Notes under the pieces: model-generated
What the model saw: the letters and a program-made list of their open reading frames with translations, nothing else
Told to the model about the DNA's origin: nothing
Databases searched by the model: none
Source of the DNA: a virus
Length of the DNA: 64,000 nt
Reading direction: 5' to 3' (one strand)
IMG/VR virus record: IMGVR_UViG_3300032516_000004
Location: 32,001 to 96,000 of that record
Shown here: one piece after another, positions 1-8,900 of the stretch
Position numbering within the stretch: the first letter of the stretch is position 1
How the letters are laid out: each line of letters begins with the position of its first letter
Program-made: the position numbers and the translations under genes

Positions 1-57
1 TGGGGTGACTATTAAGCACGTACAGGCGTTTATGCCTGTTTGATTGGGGATATTTAG

Positions 58-678
58 ATGGAACCCAAAACCCCAAAACTACGCCCCGTCAATAGGAAAG
101 AAATACATAAAGTTGTAGTAGATGATCCTTGGAAGACCGAGGCTGTGCGGACCATTATGGCGGCAAAGTCACCTCAATTTTCAGAACAAATGTGGGCTTT
201 ATTGTTAGCTGAAGCTATTAAATCATTTAATCAAGGTCTAGAAGATAGAATTGATTCAGAATCACGACGCGCTTCTAATTTACGATCACGAATTATTAAT
301 CTGGTAGGTGAGACAGCTCATAACATTATTGCATTTGTTGTAAATGCTCAACGTAGACCCATTGATGTCTACGCCCAGGCGTCTTCAATATACACTAGAG
401 CAATGGCTAATTTACGTGACCAAAAGGCATTGTTTGCTGCGTCCAAACAACTTTACGACATGTCCAAGGCTCAAGGATTAGACCCAAACACCGCAGCATC
501 CATTGCGGGTTTAGCAGCTGATTTACAAGAAAAATCAAGTAACGCTACTGCATATGCGGGCGGCACGGGTTCTGGTGGTATGTCGCAAGCTGGGATGCCA
601 ACAGGTGTAACAATTCAGGGTAAATATAATCGTAAAATTGCTGATAAGTGGGACGAAGAATTCTTCGCTAATAAATGA
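58..678 (+). CDS. Hypothetical protein, head-gene region (206 aa)
   Basis: Long ORF translationally coupled (ATGA overlap) to the next gene; helical, Ala-rich, Gly-rich tail ending RKIAD; no recognised family. Confidence 0.7.
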   Translation: MEPKTPKLRPVNRKEIHKVVVDDPWKTEAVRTIMAAKSPQFSEQMWALLLAEAIKSFNQGLEDRIDSESRRASNLRSRIINLVGETAHNIIAFVVNAQRRPIDVYAQASSIYTRAMANLRDQKALFAASKQLYDMSKAQGLDPNTAASIAGLAADLQEKSSNATAYAGGTGSGGMSQAGMPTGVTIQGKYNRKIADKWDEEFFANK

Positions 679-1949
679 GCACATTGGTATCTATATTGTG
701 TGATATCGTACAAGCTGAATATGCCCAATGGATGCGATATACATTTCTTTCTGCGCTTCGGTATGGTTTGCATACCGATACATTACAAGAGCATTTTGAA
801 GAACACGCCAACGATGAATTGGAACACGCCCAACTAATTTCTCGGTGGATTGTGGATCTTGGTGGCTTACCACCAACAACAATTCCATGCATAGAACAAA
901 TTCATACCAATACTCAAGAAGCCCTTGAATGGCTTCTAAACGCTGAAGTAGAAGGTATTAATAAATATCAAGCGGCCCATTGTGCTGCAGAAGGTATCTT
1001 TGGGTTACAGAACGATATTGGTGAATTACTTTCTATTGAGCATGAACATCTTTCTGACATTATGAAATTCCTCGAACCTATCTCAGAAGCTATTTCAGAG
1101 GATGATGAAGACACTATTATAATTCTAGCAAATTCTTATAGACAGCATAGGGATGTTCTTTATAAATTCGCATCTATTAAGAAATATGCTCAGAGCATGA
1201 CCGAATATCTTCGCGATCTTCTCCAGATGGCGTGGTATAAACATGAGTATGATTATACACCAGAGAAGGGTCTCGAGTACGTTCGTGACGATACCAAGAA
1301 AACATTAATGACCATTCATGAACGCCTTAGAGAAGGTGATCAGAGCGCCAGGCAGTCTGCTAAATTTTTCATTGATCTTTATCAGTGGCTTCAGCCCATG
1401 AATAAAGATGCGTGGTTACAACTTCATTATAAAATTTGGCCAGAATATCACACTGATCCGGCATGGGGTGGGTATGAGGGTGTAGAAGAGGCCATTGAAG
1501 AAAAAGTTGAAAAACCAACATTTGAGCAGGCGTTAGAAGAAACTAAAGAAGAAGTTAAGAAACCCACATCACTACCTCAACCAGCACCACAAGTTTCTAA
1601 ACCTCCCGCTAGGTCTCCTGAATTAATGGAAGCGATGGAGAAGCGAATAGAGGTTTATGATGCTGGTAAGAGTAATGATCCAAGTCCGGATGTGATGTTT
1701 ACGATCGGACCTGGTGATCGAATTAAGAATATGGATTTAGCGGGTGAAGGCATACCAGTGCCGGGTAGACCTGGTAGAAGTGCGTGGACTGAAGGAACTG
1801 TTAAGCATGTTACGCGTGGTGGTATACTAGTAGTTGACACTCCTAAAGGTGAACAGAGCTGGGACCCAGCAGAACATAGAATTGAGATTGATGCTCGTGA
1901 TCGTGCTAAATATTTAAGTCAAGGTAAACTAGTCAAACAAAGTGACTAA
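675..1949 (+). CDS. Ferritin/bacterioferritin-like di-iron domain protein with C-terminal extension (424 aa)
   Basis: Four-helix ferroxidase pattern AEY...EEHANDELEHA...LGG.P...AEVEG...EHEH in the first ~135 aa; SH3-like barrel at the C-terminus (IGPGDRI...EGTVKHV). Confidence 0.8.
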   Translation: MSTLVSILCDIVQAEYAQWMRYTFLSALRYGLHTDTLQEHFEEHANDELEHAQLISRWIVDLGGLPPTTIPCIEQIHTNTQEALEWLLNAEVEGINKYQAAHCAAEGIFGLQNDIGELLSIEHEHLSDIMKFLEPISEAISEDDEDTIIILANSYRQHRDVLYKFASIKKYAQSMTEYLRDLLQMAWYKHEYDYTPEKGLEYVRDDTKKTLMTIHERLREGDQSARQSAKFFIDLYQWLQPMNKDAWLQLHYKIWPEYHTDPAWGGYEGVEEAIEEKVEKPTFEQALEETKEEVKKPTSLPQPAPQVSKPPARSPELMEAMEKRIEVYDAGKSNDPSPDVMFTIGPGDRIKNMDLAGEGIPVPGRPGRSAWTEGTVKHVTRGGILVVDTPKGEQSWDPAEHRIEIDARDRAKYLSQGKLVKQSD

Positions 1950-1957
1950 TTAGAAGG

Positions 1958-2272
1958 ATGAGTGTTATGGAAAAGACAGCTGTTGATCAAGTTGCAAAAA
2001 ACTTCTGGATTTCTTATTTCAAGGATTACGGTCAAATTTGGGTAAAGGACGTGCCACGTCGTATCAAGCAGGCAATTCGTCGTGAATTGAAAGCTAATAC
2101 GATTGAAGGAAAGATTGCCCCACTTGCTAAAGATATTGGTAAAGATAATACCTTATCTATTGAGGCGGCATTTATTGGCAAGCTTGATGATCAAGATGCC
2201 AAGGTATTAGTTACCGCCACTTTTAGTGGTGAAGGTAAAATGCAAGATTTGGACATTACTAAGATTAACTAA
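1958..2272 (+). CDS. Hypothetical head-region protein with YFKDYG module (104 aa)
   Basis: GAAGGA upstream of ATG; N-terminal VDQVAKNFWISYFKDYG..VKDVPR motif recurs in the 5914-11127 protein. Confidence 0.7.
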   Translation: MSVMEKTAVDQVAKNFWISYFKDYGQIWVKDVPRRIKQAIRRELKANTIEGKIAPLAKDIGKDNTLSIEAAFIGKLDDQDAKVLVTATFSGEGKMQDLDITKIN

Positions 2273-2760
2273 TGAACCTATATGACGCATGTGCTATCTT
2301 GGATTTATGGTATGCTATTAAAGCACGTGCACAAATGTGGTCTATATCTAATTGTAGGCCAACATCATTAGACGAAGTTAGAATCTTAGTTAAAAATAGA
2401 TTCAAAGAACTTGCTCTTCAACACCATCCTGATAAAGGCGGAGATAATAGTAAATATTTAGAGATTCAAGAGGCATATGAATTAATCAAGTCTGCTTCTG
2501 TCCCTGACTTTATCCATGCGTTATCTATAGAGGCCGCTAATAATATTAAATATTATACTCCTGGTTCTCAGGATTGTGCTAATTGTAGTAAATGGAGTGA
2601 TGTGGTTTGTGTTTGTGTTACCACCACATGTACAGGTTTTAAACAGCATGAAAAATCGATATGTAATAAGTTTGGTCTTAAACAAGAAGTGTCTAAAGGA
2701 ATACAAGGTAGTAGCTTCCTCTCCGGAGGAAGCCAAGAACTGGGGAACGAAGCAAGCTGA
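2272..2760 (+). CDS. J-domain (DnaJ N-terminal-like) protein with Cys-rich tail
   Basis: RFKELALQHHPDKGGD...IQEAYELI is a canonical HPD J-domain; followed by CxxC...CxCxxxxC. Confidence 0.85.
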   Translation: MNLYDACAILDLWYAIKARAQMWSISNCRPTSLDEVRILVKNRFKELALQHHPDKGGDNSKYLEIQEAYELIKSASVPDFIHALSIEAANNIKYYTPGSQDCANCSKWSDVVCVCVTTTCTGFKQHEKSICNKFGLKQEVSKGIQGSSFLSGGSQELGNEAS

Positions 2761-2824
2761 TGTCTTGCAAATCAAGACTACTGATATAACAGTAGAGCAG
2801 ATGGAGAATGACGATGCAAACTAG
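2648..2824 (+). CDS. Small hypothetical protein (58 aa; ATG 2648 preferred over ORF-track start 2576)
   Basis: MKNRYVISL...YKVVASSPEEAK resembles a common small phage alpha/beta protein; fills the gap to the next gene. Confidence 0.5.
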   Translation: MKNRYVISLVLNKKCLKEYKVVASSPEEAKNWGTKQADVLQIKTTDITVEQMENDDAN

Positions 2825-5800
2825 AACAGCACTTAAAAAGCTCACGGGCGGTAAAATTGATGTTGATGCCGTATCTCCTAGTGGGCCACTAGCTCAAAAT
2901 GCCGACTGGCTGTTAAAACAGCATGAACAAAGAACATCTGGTATAAAAGTAGCACAACGTCGCCATGCGTCTATGGCCGCAATGCCAGTTTTAGCAGCCG
3001 CTCGTAAAGTGGCAGATGAATTGGTTAAAGAACGTGTATTGCCTGATGATACCCTTATTGTATCACGTTTTGATGCATTCTCAGTTGTTAAAGATGCGTC
3101 TCATAAATGTGCTAATGATATGGAATTGCGTAAATTTGCTCTTCATCTTGAAAGACTATGGCATACAGAGCCACTAGGTGCCCTGACAGCTGGTGCCCTG
3201 ACTCGTCTTCGTGATCATTATCAGGGCATGAATCCACGATCAGCGGTTGGTGAAGTAGTTGATACTTGTATTCCCAAGGTATCATTTAAAACATTGCCGG
3301 TTGCAAAATTAGTTCGTATTGCATCTCAAATCTCCAATCAAGAAGAGTATGACGCCGCGATTGAACGGAACGGTCTTTACACTGATGATCCTATTAGTGT
3401 ACGAGCACGTACTTTTATTAGAGAACTGGTTAATAGAGCGTCCAAAACGAACGTTAGTTCGGTTCAAGCGGCTGAGACTAAAGACACCACTGAAACTAAA
3501 GGAGTTAGCAAATCTACGAGTATTAAGAAATTACATGGTCGTGATATTGCAACCCGCATTGCAAGCAGATTATATCGTGACGCTGAACAATTTGTTGAAC
3601 CTAAAACCGATGAAGCGGTAGAAGTTAAGGAAGAAGATAAAGTTGCTGAAGATGTTGGTATTGATGGAACTGGTGTACTTACGCACGCTGCTGAACTACG
3701 CCACGCGGCTCTTAAGAACTTAGCAATGACCGGCGAGGCAATGCCTAAGGAAGCAGTGGCTCCAGAGGGTTGGGAAGGTACTGTTAAGAAAATGAAGAAA
3801 TCTAAGAATGTTGAAAATCCTTGGGCTCTTGCCCACCATATGAAAAGTAAGGGTGCAGAGCCCCACTATACTGAGAAGGGTAAGAAGAAAGAACAATTCA
3901 AGAAAGATTCAGCTGAGAAGTTGCCAGACGCAAATTTTGAACCTAAGATAAATGACCAGCAACCTGATCAAGTAGCGGTTCCCGAATGTGGTTGTGAGGC
4001 GTTGGAAAGCAATAAAGAGTTTAAACAGGTTCGTCATAAGGCGGCATTAACCGCTAGCCATCCACTGGTCGATGATGGGTGCGACCATTTCCCAATCGAT
4101 ACAGACGAGCTTATGGCGGTCTCTATTAAGTCTGCTGAGTCGATGACTAAAACACCTGCTTGGTGGTTGGGCTCACTTGATGAGCTTAAGAGTATGGTAA
4201 AAGCAGCAGCTCTTCCACCATCACTTGAAAAATTTAAGTTTAAGAAGAAGACCGATAAGAAGGATGAGAAGAAGGGAAATCCATTTAGCAAAGATAAGAA
4301 AGCGTCAATTACTAAGGACGTAATTGAACAAACCATCGTTGCTGGTAGAGAATTTACAGCTTCTGGATATTCAATTTCTGTTGGGCAAAACGATATCGTT
4401 CAAATTACTACTAAATCTGGTAGTAAGAAATATCCATTGGTTGATCTGGATGGGGCGGTTGCTGACTTTATGTATTTAGTTAGTACGGCTAAGCACCCGG
4501 CAGGTTCACCACCCCCACCAGTTTTCTTTATCCGTGAAGGAATTAGAATGACGTGTCCAGGCTGTTTAGAAGTAAATAGCTATGACATGCCTAAAATTGC
4601 CGCTGATTTAACTTGTAATAACTGTAATGTGGTTATTCCATCAAAAGTGATCACATCAGCATTTAAAAACGACATGATTAATGAAGAGGCAATCCTAACG
4701 GCAGTTACACCAAATGATCTACAAGATGAATTTGGTGATAAATTCGCCAAGGCAGCTGAGATGATGGGTGCTGATGGTGTTGGTGCGGACGGCTGCAAAG
4801 CGGAAGCATACTCATTGGACGTGCCGGTTGAGAAATTGGCTGAGGTTTGGGATTTCATGGTTGAGGCTGGTTTTAAACCAATTGCTCAATTTGAAAATAT
4901 GGACAAAGAGCCAATAGACGAATTTGATACAGTTGATGATTTGAGCCCAACCCATGAACAAGAAGAGGGTGAAGAGCTGGAAGCAGCTGAAGAGCTAGAA
5001 GAAATTGCTCAAGATATCGTAGAGATTGCTGATGGTCTCAAAGGCATGGAACACCATGGACAGGCTGGTCCAGTACCAGGAGCTGTTATGCCACCATCTG
5101 GTGGGACGGTAGCTGAAGGTCTTGAACTTGATGGAACCCCTGGTTCGGGTCTTGGTGAACAGTGGGCAGATTGGCAAGTCATTCAAGCCGCCATGATGCA
5201 CTATCAACATCAGAACATGGGTGTTGCTGATGCTATTGGACAGTTTCAAAAAGATTATATGAAGGAACGAAAGGATAAGGAAGGTAATCTTATTGGTGGG
5301 CAACAATTTGATCAAAATGTGGTGGTACAGGTCGCAGCCGCTGTTTTTGGAACAGATGCGATGCAGCTTGGTGAACAGATGGCACTTGGTATGACTCCTC
5401 CTGGAATGGCGGGTCCAGAAGTTGAAGCGCCAGTAAGTGAGCCACCGGGACTAGGTGAGGCTGAAGTACCAGAAATGCCACCCAGCCGTCAACCTGGTAA
5501 ACCAAATAAGAATGTAGCGAAGAAGAAACGGGCTGACATTCCATCTACGGAAGTAAATGCACAACAACCAGATGCCGTTCAACCAGAAAAATTAGGACCA
5601 GATTCAGAACAGGCTGTTGAAATTCCTGGACCGGGTAAGGTTAAGACGCAGACTGGCAAACCACAAGGCAACGTAGCGCCAACAGATCTTGGTATCAGTT
5701 CAGACGCTAAGGATCCCGGAACATTCAAAGCTGAGAGCCCAAAAGACCAACACCCCGTAACGGATCAATCTGGTACGTCTTTGCCAGCCACCGATCTTGG

Positions 5801-5888
5801 AGAGGACAGCGATACAGGCGAAAACGCTACCACTAAGAGTATGGAGTCAAAGAGCAAAGCCGCACCCAGCGTTGTGCAGTCAAAGTAA
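2808..5888 (+). CDS. Large modular head-region protein, candidate inner-head/scaffold-like (1026 aa)
   Basis: Several short modules (PEGWEGTVKKMKK..NPWALA; DHFPI; CPGC/CNNC Zn ribbon), acidic and Pro/Gly-rich tracts, many K-x-A motifs. Confidence 0.6.
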   Translation: MTMQTRTALKKLTGGKIDVDAVSPSGPLAQNADWLLKQHEQRTSGIKVAQRRHASMAAMPVLAAARKVADELVKERVLPDDTLIVSRFDAFSVVKDASHKCANDMELRKFALHLERLWHTEPLGALTAGALTRLRDHYQGMNPRSAVGEVVDTCIPKVSFKTLPVAKLVRIASQISNQEEYDAAIERNGLYTDDPISVRARTFIRELVNRASKTNVSSVQAAETKDTTETKGVSKSTSIKKLHGRDIATRIASRLYRDAEQFVEPKTDEAVEVKEEDKVAEDVGIDGTGVLTHAAELRHAALKNLAMTGEAMPKEAVAPEGWEGTVKKMKKSKNVENPWALAHHMKSKGAEPHYTEKGKKKEQFKKDSAEKLPDANFEPKINDQQPDQVAVPECGCEALESNKEFKQVRHKAALTASHPLVDDGCDHFPIDTDELMAVSIKSAESMTKTPAWWLGSLDELKSMVKAAALPPSLEKFKFKKKTDKKDEKKGNPFSKDKKASITKDVIEQTIVAGREFTASGYSISVGQNDIVQITTKSGSKKYPLVDLDGAVADFMYLVSTAKHPAGSPPPPVFFIREGIRMTCPGCLEVNSYDMPKIAADLTCNNCNVVIPSKVITSAFKNDMINEEAILTAVTPNDLQDEFGDKFAKAAEMMGADGVGADGCKAEAYSLDVPVEKLAEVWDFMVEAGFKPIAQFENMDKEPIDEFDTVDDLSPTHEQEEGEELEAAEELEEIAQDIVEIADGLKGMEHHGQAGPVPGAVMPPSGGTVAEGLELDGTPGSGLGEQWADWQVIQAAMMHYQHQNMGVADAIGQFQKDYMKERKDKEGNLIGGQQFDQNVVVQVAAAVFGTDAMQLGEQMALGMTPPGMAGPEVEAPVSEPPGLGEAEVPEMPPSRQPGKPNKNVAKKKRADIPSTEVNAQQPDAVQPEKLGPDSEQAVEIPGPGKVKTQTGKPQGNVAPTDLGISSDAKDPGTFKAESPKDQHPVTDQSGTSLPATDLGEDSDTGENATTKSMESKSKAAPSVVQSK

Positions 5889-5893
5889 TCTTA

Positions 5894-5902
5894 TGCTATG
5901 AT
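5894..5902 (+). promoter_or_regulatory. Possible extended -10 element (TG-C-TATGAT)
   Basis: In the 25-nt gap before the 1737-aa gene; no clear -35. Confidence 0.3.
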
Positions 5903-5913
5903 AGGGGTGCATA

Positions 5914-8900
5914 ATGATTTCGGATCGTAAATTTATTTCACGACCATCAAACGGTAAGAAGTATAGTAAGAAGGATTTTCTTGGCGTTACGGATGGTGAA
6001 CAATGGAATCTTGAGCATGTAGCTGAACTTATTGGTGCTCGTCAGCCACCAGCGGAAGATGATCCTCTTCCAGCTGGAACAATGGTTGAATTTAATGCTC
6101 CAGATGGAACACCTTATAAAGGTAGAGTCGCATCTAAAAGTGGTGAAGATTATATTGTTGATGTAACACCCGGTGAATCGTATCTAGTACCACCAGGTAA
6201 GCTTGCTAAGATTACACCAGAATCAGAACAGATTCGTGATGCGGTTCGTCGTGAAATTGCCCCGACAATGGAAAAGGTGTCTGAACACGAAGAATCTAAC
6301 AAACTTATTGTTAAAATATCGTACAGAGATCATCGGCCCAATGATGGTCATATGATGAACTGGGCGGCGCTGCATTATCCGGAATTACGTCTTGTAGACG
6401 CATTACCACAGATTGGTAGAAATATTAATCTGGTGTTCGAGCTTCCAAAACAAGCGGCTGAGGATGTACGACCACAAGGATCTGCTCCTCATATGCCAGG
6501 TGAACGTGGTCGTGGTTTGTCTAGTGAAGAAATTGAAGGTACAGGTGTAATTGGGGATAAAATTCCAGGTGGTTTGTCTGAGCAACCACTCGAGCAAGGC
6601 ATTAAAATTGAAATGGAACACACAAATGATCCAGAAGTCGCAAAAGAGATTGCGATGGACCATTTGATTGAGGATTCTAAATACTACGATAAGTTGAAGA
6701 AAATTGAAGCTAAGACAATTGGTTTTGATGAGGTTATTAAAGAAGCTCAGTTAGGTCAACCGGGTTCAGCTGATCAATTTAATGACCTAAATGACGCAGC
6801 GCGTAAAACGCTACAAGCGTTTAATATCAGTAATCCAGAACATTATGCGTCTCCTCAGGAAACCGAAGCGTTTGGTGAAGCTGAAAATAGTGGGGTAAGA
6901 CTCTGGTTCGTTCTTCACAGTAAAGAAGGGGAGAAAACATCCCCAATGTATATTACTCGTCAGGGGTCCATCGTTCCCAGCGACGAGGGCGGATCAAAGC
7001 TTGCTAGAGGTTTTGTACAGGTATCAGTTAAGAATGGTACCCCTGATTTACCGATGATCATGATTCAAGGACCATCTGGTCCAGAGTCATTGCAAGAATA
7101 CGGCTTTAGTGTTTCAGCGGCTATTATAAAAGCGGCCAATTCCGAATTAGCCAATAAACTAGTGATAAAGAGTAAAACAGATCCTAAAGTAGCTGTGGAA
7201 CTTGAAAAATACGTTGATAAAAATTTGGAAGATAACGATAAGATTATTGAGTTAACTCGTGCTATGTTAGCGAATCCAGAGTTAACTAAACAGCTTTCTA
7301 AATTATTAGGCGAACGGAAAACACATCAGTCCATCCCAACCGATCCAACTACTACATTAATTAGTAACTGGCCTGGTCAACAGTCCACACAATATCAACA
7401 CATTAAACCCTACGGTGATCCTGCTGGCGGTGTGGTGGAAGGACCATATCAAAAATCTGGTAACTATGCTGCTGGTGTTTTAGCTGCTCAAGAAATACTC
7501 GATACACGTGGATATTCTGCTGAAGCCCAGGCTGAATATGAGTCACGTCTTACTAAACTTGGTGTAGATAAAACAACCAAAGACCTTCTTACCAAATATT
7601 TCAAAGATTATGGTAAGCAGATGGTGCGTGACATTCCGCGTAAAAAGCATGCACAAAAAGAAGTTGATCCTGCTACCGTTCAATATTGGGTTAATTATTT
7701 TGGTAGTAGCATATTTGATGATGGGTGGTATGGTCAACAGATGACCCGCACTATCCCCAAGAAAACATATAAAGGAGATGGAACTACTGAGAGTGTTGAC
7801 TCTGACGATGAAGAAGGTGTAATTGGCAACCCGGATAAAACATTTAGTAAGGAAGCACAGTGGCTCGGTAAAACCACCAAGGGTGGTCCTAAATATGTAC
7901 GACCTCCACGTCCGACCACAACCCCAGGATTTTTCTCACCAGGTGGCTTTTTACAAAAGAAAAAAGTTGATCCTATTAAGGGTACCATAGGACAGGCCGG
8001 TTCTGCTGCTGAGCAGCTTTTATCTCACGCCAGAATTAATCCGCAAGTCGCGCAACACATTGATAAATTGTTACACACATATCAGGCCAGTGACGCGTCT
8101 GCTAGACAAAAAGCAATTACAGATATTAGACTTAAGAATCCACAATATCAACCACCAGCAGGTTGGCAAGCATATGATGATACTCTTAGGGCTGCTTTGT
8201 TACCAAGAGCACTTGCAACTATATCAGGTGCCATAGAAGAAGCACTAAAAGTGGTGCAACAATCAGCTGCTAGTAGTACCCCAGCCAAGCAAACCACCTC
8301 AACTGGTACAGAAACCATCTATGGTTCTGAAGGTGAGATGATTAGCGCGTCTAAGATTGCAAGTAGTGATTACACAGCTTATATTAAGAAAACGAATAAA
8401 GGATATGAAGTAAAGAGTGAAAAGAACCCGAGTTGGAGTGGTGGTACATATAAGAGTAAAGGAGAAGCCGAGAAACGACTTCAACAAGTAGAAATGTTTA
8501 AACATATGTCGTTCGTGGCATATGGAGATATTGAATCAAATCATATGTTTGGTAAGATATCTGAATGTTTGTCAATTTGTGATAATACAGTTGGCATTCT
8601 TACTATGGTTAGTACTCTAATTGATGATGAATCGTTAAATAAGAGCGCTGAGATTCAAAAGCTAGCCAAAACGTTACGCGACATGGTGGTTGAGGCAATT
8701 CAAAAGGCTGAGACAGATCCATCATCTGAATTTTCACGTGATCTATCCGGTTTATATCATGGATATCTAGCTAAACATCCCGATCTTGAATGGAAAATGC
8801 TAGAGGGAAAAGGTAGACGACATCTTACACCAGAAGAAATATCAGAAATTTTGTATACAGCCGCCCATGAACGGACATTTTTCAAAGCCTTTCAAAAGTT

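Noticed and set aside
2272-2760. Full-length dnaJ gene
   Set aside because: Only the J-domain is present; no G/F region, canonical Zn finger or substrate-binding domain.
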